This document shows positions 42,331 through 51,350 of a stretch of 64,000 bases of DNA, piece after piece (positions within the stretch are counted from its first letter, which is position 1; each line of letters starts with the position of its first letter). Source of the stretch: Lysobacterales bacterium (GTDB taxonomy: Bacteria; Pseudomonadota; Gammaproteobacteria; Xanthomonadales; SZUA-5); assembly GCA_022844165.1 (NCBI GenBank), contig JALHMH010000009.1, positions 1 to 64,000 of the forward strand, in the 5' to 3' direction. The notes beneath the pieces are model-generated. The model did no database searches. It saw only the letters and a list, made by a program, of their open reading frames with translations, and had not been told where the DNA came from. Made by a program: the position numbers and the translations under genes.

Positions 42331-42903
42331 ATGAACCCAATCACTGAGCTTCGTGCAACCACCTTTGTGCTGCACCAGGACAACATCGATACCGACCAGA
42401 TCATTCCGGCGCGGTTCTTGACGACCACCGAGCGCACCGGCCTGGGACGGGCGGCCTTTTACGACTGGCGATTCGATGCCAGCGGTGCGGCGACCACACA
42501 TCCGTTGAACGGGGAGGCGAAATCGCACGCGATCCTGATCGCGGGGCACAATTTCGGCTGCGGCTCATCACGCGAACATGCGCCGTGGGCGCTGCTGGAC
42601 TTCGGCTTCCGTGCGGTAATCTCGAGCGAAATCGCAGACATCTTTCGCAGCAATGCGTTGAAAAATGGCCTGCTGGCCATCGTCGTCGGTGCCGAGGAGC
42701 ACGCCTACCTCATCGCCAACCCTGGAATCGAGCTGAGAATCGATCTGGAGACCATGCAGATCACCGGCCCAAATGACTGGCACACCGGTTTTGCGCTCGA
42801 TGCCTTTGCTCGCCGCTGTTTGATGATGGGCGTCGATCAACTGGGCTACTTGTTGGCACAAGACGCGGCCATCGCGGCGTTCGAGCGCAATCGGGCCGCG
42901 TGA
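42331..42903 (+). CDS. leuD: 3-isopropylmalate dehydratase small subunit
   Basis: NIDTDQIIPARFL and NFGCGSSREHAPWAL motifs. Confidence 0.96.
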   Translation: MNPITELRATTFVLHQDNIDTDQIIPARFLTTTERTGLGRAAFYDWRFDASGAATTHPLNGEAKSHAILIAGHNFGCGSSREHAPWALLDFGFRAVISSEIADIFRSNALKNGLLAIVVGAEEHAYLIANPGIELRIDLETMQITGPNDWHTGFALDAFARRCLMMGVDQLGYLLAQDAAIAAFERNRAA

Positions 42904-43565
42904 ACGCGTTGATTTTTGCCGCTGGCAAAGGCGAGCGCATGCGGCCGCTCACGGCGACCACGCCCAAAGCACTGCTGGAGATACGCGGCAAAGCGCTGGT
43001 CGAGTTTCACATTGAGGCGCTGGTGCGCGCCGGCGTCGACCGAATCGTGATCAACACCGGCTGGCTCGGCGCGCAGTTACCCGCGCGGCTGGGTCATGGC
43101 ACGCGCTTTGGCGCCGATCTGGTCTATTCGCATGAAGGCCAGGAACCTCTGGAAACGGGCGGCGGGATGCGTCGCGCATTGGCGCTCCTCGGCGACGCGC
43201 CGTTTATCGCCACCAACGCCGACATCTATACCGATTTTGACTACGCTCGACTGGCGCCACCGCAGGGTCTCGCGCATCTGGTGTTGATCGACAATCCGCC
43301 GCACCATCCCCGCGGCGATTTTGCGTTCGATGGCAAACGCGTGCACGTATGCGGCAGCCCGCGCCTGACATTTGCCGGCATCGGCGTTTACCGGCCAGAA
43401 TTGACCGAACACTTGCCCGATGGCCGCTATCCGTTGGCGCCGATTTTGAAGGAAGCGATGGACTTTGGCATCGTCACTGGCGAGCACTTCCGCGGTGCCT
43501 GGACGGATGTCGGCACGCCGGAGCGCCTTGCACACCTTCAGCTGTCGGCCAGTTCTAACATCTGA
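42900..43565 (+). CDS. murU: N-acetylmuramate alpha-1-phosphate uridylyltransferase
   Basis: ALIFAAGKGERMRPLT, PLETGGG, NPPHHPRGDF and WTDVGTPERL motifs. Confidence 0.85.
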   Translation: MNALIFAAGKGERMRPLTATTPKALLEIRGKALVEFHIEALVRAGVDRIVINTGWLGAQLPARLGHGTRFGADLVYSHEGQEPLETGGGMRRALALLGDAPFIATNADIYTDFDYARLAPPQGLAHLVLIDNPPHHPRGDFAFDGKRVHVCGSPRLTFAGIGVYRPELTEHLPDGRYPLAPILKEAMDFGIVTGEHFRGAWTDVGTPERLAHLQLSASSNI

Positions 43566-43614
43566 AGCGACGGGCGGTGTAGCCTTCCGTCGCATAGGCT
43601 CAAAGGAGTGATTC

Positions 43615-46600
43615 ATGCGTACCCTGACGTTGGCGATTGCGCTTGTGTGCGCGCACGGCGCACATGCGAATGCACCGAGCGCGCTCAATTTTCCGGCCCT
43701 CGATACAGCGAAACTGGCGCAGGAAGACAGGAAGGGCGCGCAAGCGCTGCAACCCCATCGATACGCCATCATCCAGGACGCCAGCTCGGTCAAGGCGAAC
43801 GCCGATAAAACCGGCGGCGGCCAGTGGCAAACCCTGAAAGACGGCCGTCTACGCTGGACTTTGCCGATCAGCGCTGCCGATGCGGTCAGCATCGATGTCG
43901 GCTTTCGCGAATTTTTCTTGCCGCAGGGTGCGGAACTCAAGTTCCGCAGCACGGACGGACAATTCGAACATGGCCCATATACGGATGCACACAATCCGCG
44001 TGAGGGTGGGCTGTGGCTGCCAATCGTGCCCGGCGACATGGCCGTCCTCGAACTGACGATCGATGCTGCGCAGTTGCCGTATCTGAAGCTGCAACTCGAT
44101 GGCGTGGGCCACGGCTATCGGCAAATGCGCGGAGCGGGCGAAAAAGCGGGAAGCTGCAATGTCGACACGATCTGCCCACAAGGCGATCCTTGGCGCAACG
44201 AGATTTCAGCCGTCGGCGCTTACGCGTTTTCGTCCGGCGGCGGCACGCCCTCGCGCTTCGATTGCACAGGCACGTTGATCAACCAGGTCGGCAACACGCG
44301 CGATCCATTGTTCTTGACCGCCAACCATTGCCTCGATTCGCAGGCCGAAGCGGCGACGGTGGTCGTTTATTGGAATTACCAGAACAGCACCTGCCGCGCA
44401 GTGGGTAGTGTTCCGAACGGCACACAGTTGCCGGTCAGCGCCAGCTTGCCAAACCAGTCGGGCACGACGTTGCTCGCCACGTACAACATTTCTGACTTCA
44501 CCTTGCTGCGCTTGAATCAAGCGCCGCCGGCCGCCGCCAATGTCTACTGGGCTGGTTGGGATCGGCGCAATACGGCGCCGGTGAGTGCTGTCTCCATTCA
44601 CCATCCGCAAGGCCACGAAAAGCGCATCTCGTTCGAGAACGATCCGCTCAGCATCAGCGGTTATCTGATCTGCGACGCTGGTCAGGGCTGTCCGAGCGCC
44701 TCGTGGCCCAGCAGCACCAGCCATTTGCGCGTCAACCGCTGGGACGTGGGCACCACCGAACCGGGCTCGTCGGGAAGCGCATTGTTCTCCCCTGAACGGC
44801 GCATCATCGGCCAATTGCATGGTGGTTATGCGTCTTGCACCGACAACCGCCCGGACTGGTACGGACGCTTATCTGTGTCGTGGGAGGGCAACAATACAAC
44901 CGCGACGCGCTTACGCGATCATCTCGATCCCGCCGGAGCAGCGCCACAAACGCTCGACGGCGTCGGCGCTTGTACGCCGCCAACAGTCACCTTGAATGCG
45001 ACTTCGCCTGTGGCCGCCGGCACCGACGTGACCTACACGGCGACGGTCAGTGGTGGCAGCGGTCTGTTCGGCTTCGATATCGATGGCGACGGTAATGTCG
45101 ACAAAATCCAGAGCACGCCGACATTGGTTGCACGCTACAACCGCGAGCAGTCGTTCAATGCCAGCGTGCGTGTGTTTGGTACGTGTGAAGCCACTGCGCA
45201 ACGTGCCATGGTGGTGACTGCGCATCGCATCGCCCCCGCTGCAGCACTGGCAGCACCGACGCAGGTCTGCGGCGATGGCGATGCGGTCATTGAGCCGGGC
45301 GAGCGTTGGCGGCTGGCAACCGACCTGAGCAACGGTGGCCAACAGGCGACGACCGCTCAAGCAGTATCTCTGTTTTCCAAGTCTGCCACCGACGTGCTCG
45401 CCGGAGCGACTCGCGATGCCTTTGGCTATGCGGTCACAAGCAACACGCAATCTAATATTTGTGGTTACCAGTTCGTCGATATCACCGATGTTGTTCAGCC
45501 TCTGCCGCTCAGCGCTGCGGGAACCGCACCGGCGACCGACGATGGGCGCACGGCGGTATTGGATCTGACTGGCTCAGGCACCAACAACAGTTTCAGCTTT
45601 TACGGACAAACCGTCTCTCAGGTTGTCATGAGCACCAACGGCTACATCGGCACCACCGCGGCCACCACCGGTGGCGACTTTAACAACGTTTGTGGCGCGA
45701 CGCCGGACTCCGACAACAATGGGCGGCGTATGCAGGCGCTGCATGACGATCTGGTGGCCGGCAGTTTGCGTGCGGTGTCGTATCCGACGTGTCCACGGCC
45801 GTCGGAAGTGGCGCCAGCCAATCAGCGTTGCCTTGTATTCCAATGGAACAACATGGGCGTTTACACCAGTTCCACAACACCGCCCACCGGAAATTTCGAT
45901 TTCCAGGTCATCGTCTATCCGGGCACCTGGCAGATCGTCTATCAGTATCGCAATGCCGTGCCCAACGGCGGTAGCGGCGCAACGGTGGGCATCTTGAACC
46001 CTGGTCAGTCGGGCCAGCAGCTGAATTTCTCGTGCAACCAGAACGCCATAGCCGCCCAACGCGCCGTGTGTTTCTATCACCCGCAGAATTCGCCGGGTAC
46101 GGCTTCGGACTTGACCAAGATCCGCCTGGAAAATCCGGTCGTGAATCTTGGCGCAATGAACCCGGCGGCCACTCAAAGCGCGTCGACCATTTTTTCTGTC
46201 GACCCAACGGCAACGTGCGGTGCGCGCTATCGGGTGGGTTTGGCCGGGACAGCAGACGAGAACGCCGGCAACGTCGCCAATCAGGATCGCGAAATTGTGA
46301 TCGGCGCCGACGGCAATTGTCAGGTCATTCAGAGCTGTCCATCGGCTTTGGCGCCCACCGTCAACCTCAGACCGGGGGCGTACTTCAATACTCGCCGACC
46401 AGGCAACGGCGTCGTGGCGCATGTGGTTCCACGGACAAACGGCCTTCCGACATTTTTCGGCGCGTGGTTTACCGGCACGCCGACGCGTGACACCACCTGG
46501 TACGTGATTTCTGGTGAGGTGCAGGACAATCAAGTGATCGGTTCGGTCCTCCGCGCAAGGCGCAATGTGGGTGCATCGACGTTCACTGTGAACCTGGAAC

Positions 46601-47115
46601 CGGTCGGAACAGCGAGACTGCATTTCTTGGGCAGCGAACGCATTTTGTTCAACTACCAACTCACGAGCACCGGCGAAACGGGTAGCGAAATTCTGACGAA
46701 CAGCCTGCAGGGGTTGCAGTCGCCTGTTCCCAACCGCACGGGTGTCTGGTTCTTCCCGCAGGAAGACGGCTGGGGACAAACCTACGATAGTTTCCTATCC
46801 GGCGATTTCTCCCGCGAGTTCATTGCGACCTACTTCTACGACACCCAGGGCAATCCGCGCTGGGTCGTGACCGATGCCGCCAGCGGCAGCGCCGGCCCCT
46901 TGCCAACAGTGTTCTACAAAGTTCACTGCCCACGTTGTGGTTGGATCAATTTCGAGGATTCGGCAGCCAGCGCCGGCACCATCACGCGGCAATTCCTCTC
47001 GCCAACCACCGGCACTCTCAGCACGAATCTCATTTTGCCCGCGTCGACGATCACCACGGGACATGTGTGGACGCGCAACAATGTCCCGATCGTCATCCTG
47101 ACACAGCCGCAGTAG
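43615..47115 (+). CDS. Secreted lysyl-endopeptidase-like (S1D) serine protease with long multidomain C-terminal extension
   Basis: Signal peptide, propeptide, SCNVDTICP, catalytic TANHC / SDFTLL / GTTEPGSSGS, PKD-like segment and two C-terminal repeats of the W-x-x-P/G-x-G domain. Confidence 0.88.
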   Translation: MRTLTLAIALVCAHGAHANAPSALNFPALDTAKLAQEDRKGAQALQPHRYAIIQDASSVKANADKTGGGQWQTLKDGRLRWTLPISAADAVSIDVGFREFFLPQGAELKFRSTDGQFEHGPYTDAHNPREGGLWLPIVPGDMAVLELTIDAAQLPYLKLQLDGVGHGYRQMRGAGEKAGSCNVDTICPQGDPWRNEISAVGAYAFSSGGGTPSRFDCTGTLINQVGNTRDPLFLTANHCLDSQAEAATVVVYWNYQNSTCRAVGSVPNGTQLPVSASLPNQSGTTLLATYNISDFTLLRLNQAPPAAANVYWAGWDRRNTAPVSAVSIHHPQGHEKRISFENDPLSISGYLICDAGQGCPSASWPSSTSHLRVNRWDVGTTEPGSSGSALFSPERRIIGQLHGGYASCTDNRPDWYGRLSVSWEGNNTTATRLRDHLDPAGAAPQTLDGVGACTPPTVTLNATSPVAAGTDVTYTATVSGGSGLFGFDIDGDGNVDKIQSTPTLVARYNREQSFNASVRVFGTCEATAQRAMVVTAHRIAPAAALAAPTQVCGDGDAVIEPGERWRLATDLSNGGQQATTAQAVSLFSKSATDVLAGATRDAFGYAVTSNTQSNICGYQFVDITDVVQPLPLSAAGTAPATDDGRTAVLDLTGSGTNNSFSFYGQTVSQVVMSTNGYIGTTAATTGGDFNNVCGATPDSDNNGRRMQALHDDLVAGSLRAVSYPTCPRPSEVAPANQRCLVFQWNNMGVYTSSTTPPTGNFDFQVIVYPGTWQIVYQYRNAVPNGGSGATVGILNPGQSGQQLNFSCNQNAIAAQRAVCFYHPQNSPGTASDLTKIRLENPVVNLGAMNPAATQSASTIFSVDPTATCGARYRVGLAGTADENAGNVANQDREIVIGADGNCQVIQSCPSALAPTVNLRPGAYFNTRRPGNGVVAHVVPRTNGLPTFFGAWFTGTPTRDTTWYVISGEVQDNQVIGSVLRARRNVGASTFTVNLEPVGTARLHFLGSERILFNYQLTSTGETGSEILTNSLQGLQSPVPNRTGVWFFPQEDGWGQTYDSFLSGDFSREFIATYFYDTQGNPRWVVTDAASGSAGPLPTVFYKVHCPRCGWINFEDSAASAGTITRQFLSPTTGTLSTNLILPASTITTGHVWTRNNVPIVILTQPQ

Positions 47116-47230
47116 CAGACGAACGGTTCACGCCGGCACGCGCATTACGCGCGCCGGCGCAGAACTTCCGCTACGACGGCTGGTCGCAATTGAACACGAA
47201 TCCCAGCGATCGCGCACTGCCCGGCAACGA

Positions 47231-47806
47231 ATGATCACTGACCTTCTGCAGCGTTGGCGTAAGGGCGACCGTTCGGCCGAAGCCGAACTGATGAATGTGG
47301 CCTACCCGACGCTGCTCGATCTTGCGCGGGCGCAAGTGCGCCGAAACGGCGGCGTGCTGACGCTGCAGTCAACGGAGCTTGCACATGAGGCTTACGAGCG
47401 CCTCAGCGAGCAGCATGGCGTCGACTGGCAAAACCGCGAGCACTTTTTTGCAATCGCGGCGACGGTGGTTCGGCGCGTGGTCGTCGATTACTTGCGCATG
47501 CGCGGGCGGGATAAACGCGGCGGGGGTTTGCCGTTTGTGGCCCTGGACGAGATCACCGAACGCGAGCAGCCGACCATCGATGAATCGATCGACTGGATCG
47601 AAGTCGATCAGGCACTCAGCGAGTTCGAAGCCATCGATCCGGTGGCGGCACGCGTCGTCGAACTGAAGTTTTTTTCGGGCCTGACCACTGAAGAAATCGC
47701 CGCTGCCATGGATAGTTCCGTCGCAACCGTCGGGCGCCAGTGGCGGTTTGCGCGCGCCTGGCTCGGTCATCGACTCGGCGCCGATCTCGAACCCCAGAGT
47801 CCATGA
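47231..47806 (+). CDS. ECF sigma factor, TIGR02999/ECF43 type
   Basis: ITDLLQRW...TLQSTELAHEAY...WQNREHFFAIAA...RVVELKFFSGL...ARAWL. Overlaps the kinase start (ATGA). Confidence 0.92.
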   Translation: MITDLLQRWRKGDRSAEAELMNVAYPTLLDLARAQVRRNGGVLTLQSTELAHEAYERLSEQHGVDWQNREHFFAIAATVVRRVVVDYLRMRGRDKRGGGLPFVALDEITEREQPTIDESIDWIEVDQALSEFEAIDPVAARVVELKFFSGLTTEEIAAAMDSSVATVGRQWRFARAWLGHRLGADLEPQSP

Positions 47807-50220
47807 GTCTTCAGGCACTGTTCGAGGCAGCGCTGGCGCTCCACCCAAATCAACGCGACGCTTACCTGGCGAAGGCGACGCCCGACCCTGCGGTGCGCGC
47901 ACAAATACTCGCAATGCTCCGCGTCGATGCGCGTCTCGATGGCATGGAAAGCGCCACGCCCGGCATCGATGTGGGCCAGTGGGCGGCGATGTTGAGCGCC
48001 ACCAAAGTCCGGCCAGGCGACATGATTGGCCCATTTCGCGTTTGTGAGCCGCTCGGGCAAGGGGGGATGGGCGTCGTGTTTCGCGCCGAGCGCGACGAGC
48101 CCAAGCAACAGGTGGCAATCAAGATCGTGCGCGGCGGCGAGCTCGATGCACTTTATCGGCAGCGCTTCGATCTGGAACGCCAGGCGCTGGCCGCGCTCGA
48201 TCACCCCTACATCGCACGGCTGATCGATGCCAACGCCCTTGCCGACGGCACACCCTACTACGTGATGGAGTATGTCTCCGGTCTTGCGCTGGACCGCTAC
48301 TGCACGGAACGGCGACTCAGCGTGCGCGACCGCGTGCGGCTCATGCTGCGCATTTGCCAGGCGGTAGCGCATGCACACCGTCATCTGATCGTGCACCGCG
48401 ATCTGAAACCCAGCAATATCCTGATTGACGCCGATGGTTTGCCCAAACTCCTGGATTTCGGAATCGCCAAACGGTTGGGCGGCGATGCGCTGGCTGACAC
48501 TGGCACGGCGCAACGGTTTTTCTCGCCGCGATATGCCGCACCCGAGCAATTTCGTGGTCACTCTGCGAGTGTCGGCACGGATATCTATGCACTCGGTGTA
48601 CTACTTTTCGAAACGCTGACCGGGCGTCTGCCCTTCGATTTCGACGGGCTAAGCCTGGGTGAGATCGATCGCCTGATCGCTACGGTCGCTGCACCGGCGC
48701 CCAGCGCCCGGGCGCATGGAAATCATATCCAGCGGGAGTTGCGTGGCGACCTGGACGGGATCGTACAAAAATGCTTGCGAAAATCGCCCGACGAGCGCTA
48801 CGAATCAGTCCCGCAATTGACCGAGGATCTGAACGCGTGGCTCGATGGATTGCCCGTGCGAGCCAGAGGCGGCCACCAATGGTATCGGCTGCGCAAGTTC
48901 ATTGCCCGCCATCGTCTCGCCGCCAGTATCGGTGCTTTTTCGTTGTTGGCCTTAGGCGCTGCTGCTGCACTGCTTTGGCAGCAGAATTTAGCGTTGCGGC
49001 AGCAACGCGATTTAGCGCAGCGCGCACTGACGATGATGCAGGACGCATTCACGGCCGCAGACCCGATGCGCGCCGCGGGCGCAGAGGTCACCGCGCGACA
49101 GATACTGGAGTCCGCGCGGCGTAAGCTGGAACCGCTGGCGGCCGAACAACCCGCATTGTTCGTGACCTTGGCGCGCACGATCGCGAGCGTCGATGTCTCG
49201 TTGGGTCGTGGCGAACAGGCCTCTGAGTTATTGGGCCAGGCACGGATGGCGGCTGCAGCCGCCGAAATCGAAGACGCCGATTCCGAACTGGCGCTGATGC
49301 ATGCGCGTGCGCTCACCATCGCAAAGCGCCTGCCGGAGGCGCAAGAGCTGCTCGACGACATCGCCACGCGTGGCCACCAGGGCGCAGCTTGGCTGTCAGC
49401 GCAGGGGCGTTTGTGGTCGCGCCGCGGCGATCATTCGCAGGCGGTTTCGATTCTGGAAAACGCAATGCAGGCCCTGTCGGCGAGGCCACCCGGCGATGAG
49501 CTGGCAACGACTACGCGCTACGCGCTGGCCGAAGCGCGCGGCGTAGCCGGCGACAACACAGGAGAACTTCGGGAAATCGACGCCATCCTGGCCTGGCAAA
49601 AGTCCAGTCTGGCAGCCGACCATCCACAGTTGATTGTGACGCGAATGCGCCGCCTGGTTGCACTCTACCTGGCCGCTCAAATGGAGACCGCAGTCGCCGA
49701 AGCACAGCTCATTCTCGAGGACGTTCGAACGATCTATGGGGAGAATGCTGCTGAAGCGGCTTCGGTTTACAACACGCTGGGCCAGGCCCTCGGTAGCCTC
49801 AAGCGTGTCGATGAGGCGCTCGATGCCTATCGTCAGGCGCACGCGATCAGCAGTCGCGCGGCAGGTCGCGACGCAACGAATACCCTGCGCATGCACTTTA
49901 ATCTGGCGCATACCCTGGCTGCGGCTGGAAGAGCCGGCGAGGCCGAGCTTGAGTATCGCGAATTACTGCAACTGGCCGAAAAGCGACGCGGCGGCGCCAA
50001 CGCAACGGTAGCGTATTACCGAATGCAGGCAGCGCTGCTTCAGTTATCGCTGAAGCGGCCTGAGGTGGCCCTGACGATACTGACGGCGGAAGACTGGCAG
50101 CTCGGCTGGGCGGAACTCGACGCCGGCAACCGCAAGCGCTACAGGCTCGCACTGCGCGACGCTTGCGGTTCGTCTCCAGACGAAATCTGCACGATCGCTT
50201 TGGCATTTGTAGCATCTTGA
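47803..50220 (+). CDS. Hanks-type Ser/Thr kinase with TM helix and TPR region (kinase 2)
   Basis: GQGGMGVVF, VAIK, HRDLKPSNI, DFG and YAAPE motifs. Confidence 0.93.
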   Translation: MSLQALFEAALALHPNQRDAYLAKATPDPAVRAQILAMLRVDARLDGMESATPGIDVGQWAAMLSATKVRPGDMIGPFRVCEPLGQGGMGVVFRAERDEPKQQVAIKIVRGGELDALYRQRFDLERQALAALDHPYIARLIDANALADGTPYYVMEYVSGLALDRYCTERRLSVRDRVRLMLRICQAVAHAHRHLIVHRDLKPSNILIDADGLPKLLDFGIAKRLGGDALADTGTAQRFFSPRYAAPEQFRGHSASVGTDIYALGVLLFETLTGRLPFDFDGLSLGEIDRLIATVAAPAPSARAHGNHIQRELRGDLDGIVQKCLRKSPDERYESVPQLTEDLNAWLDGLPVRARGGHQWYRLRKFIARHRLAASIGAFSLLALGAAAALLWQQNLALRQQRDLAQRALTMMQDAFTAADPMRAAGAEVTARQILESARRKLEPLAAEQPALFVTLARTIASVDVSLGRGEQASELLGQARMAAAAAEIEDADSELALMHARALTIAKRLPEAQELLDDIATRGHQGAAWLSAQGRLWSRRGDHSQAVSILENAMQALSARPPGDELATTTRYALAEARGVAGDNTGELREIDAILAWQKSSLAADHPQLIVTRMRRLVALYLAAQMETAVAEAQLILEDVRTIYGENAAEAASVYNTLGQALGSLKRVDEALDAYRQAHAISSRAAGRDATNTLRMHFNLAHTLAAAGRAGEAELEYRELLQLAEKRRGGANATVAYYRMQAALLQLSLKRPEVALTILTAEDWQLGWAELDAGNRKRYRLALRDACGSSPDEICTIALAFVAS

Positions 50221-50375
50221 TCGAGTTCCGCAGGTTTTGACGCGTAGATCTAAAACTTGGCGACGCCATCGGTCCCCACCGTCGCGTTTTCGTTACCGCT
50301 CGGAGACTCGATGGCGTCATTCATCAGGCCAGGCTCGACACGACACTGCACCGAACTCAAAACAGGATTCCAACC

Positions 50376-50834
50376 ATGTTCCGAATACTCAGCCTGACGC
50401 TGTGCCTCTCGATCGGTACGATCGCGCATGCAGAACTAGAGCCGGACCCCGACACCTGCGTTGTCCGCCCGACGCTTTCGTGCCCTGTTGCCCTGGAAAA
50501 AGTCCACTTCACAGAGAGCTGCCCCGACGATCCACCCACTCCGGACGGCTTCCGTTTTTATTGCGCGAAAACGGCACCTCGTGCGGAGATCGTGTGCGAG
50601 GGCGTCTACAACGTCGTTGTCTGCGAAGCCTGGCCTCAATCGCCAGAAGTGCAATACCGATACTTCTACACCGTGCTAGGCGGGATTGGCCCGGACTACA
50701 GCGTCATCGAATCCAGTCCAATGTTGTATGGAAACTGCAGCGGCAGAACCGGGCGGGTCTCAGTCACTGTCATGGCGCCAGATGGAACAAGCAGTGCCGC
50801 GCAGACGTTGTTCCCTTGCCTGAACAACCAGTAG
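50376..50834 (+). CDS. Small secreted Cys-rich protein
   Basis: AGGA RBS, signal peptide ending IAHA, eight Cys in the mature part. Confidence 0.75.
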   Translation: MFRILSLTLCLSIGTIAHAELEPDPDTCVVRPTLSCPVALEKVHFTESCPDDPPTPDGFRFYCAKTAPRAEIVCEGVYNVVVCEAWPQSPEVQYRYFYTVLGGIGPDYSVIESSPMLYGNCSGRTGRVSVTVMAPDGTSSAAQTLFPCLNNQ

Positions 50835-51350
50835 AAAAAGCGCCTTGTCCACGTTCGGCGAGTTCCCTTCCTGACCCGCTCCGTGGGCCAGGAAGGGACA
50901 AGAACCTGGGGCTGCTTGCGCCAGAGTCAGAAAGAAATCGGCAATGAAATCGACCTGCTAGCGATTTAGCCGCGCACGAGCGACTCACGGCTGAAGTTGG
51001 TCGGGCGCCGCAACCCACCTCGCTGCTTTCACGAGTGCGACTTCCCCAGGCCATGGCCCGCTCCGCTGTGCTTCGCCGTTAACTGCCGCAATCGCACTCG
51101 ATCCACATCGCAATCCGACCCTTTCCTCGCGACCGCAAGAACTGTCCGGATTGGGACGGTTCGCGACCGACAAACCAGTGCAAAATGCGCGCTCGAATGA
51201 GAACGTACTCGTCCGCCTCGTTGCCAACGATTTTGGGGGCTTGCTTGGCGCAGTTTCGTACCACGCCAGAAGGTGGAGACGGTTCTCTCCGCAAGCTGCT
51301 GATCGTGCAGCAGGCATGAGAGAACTGTGCGCACTGAGAAGCCGCACTCA

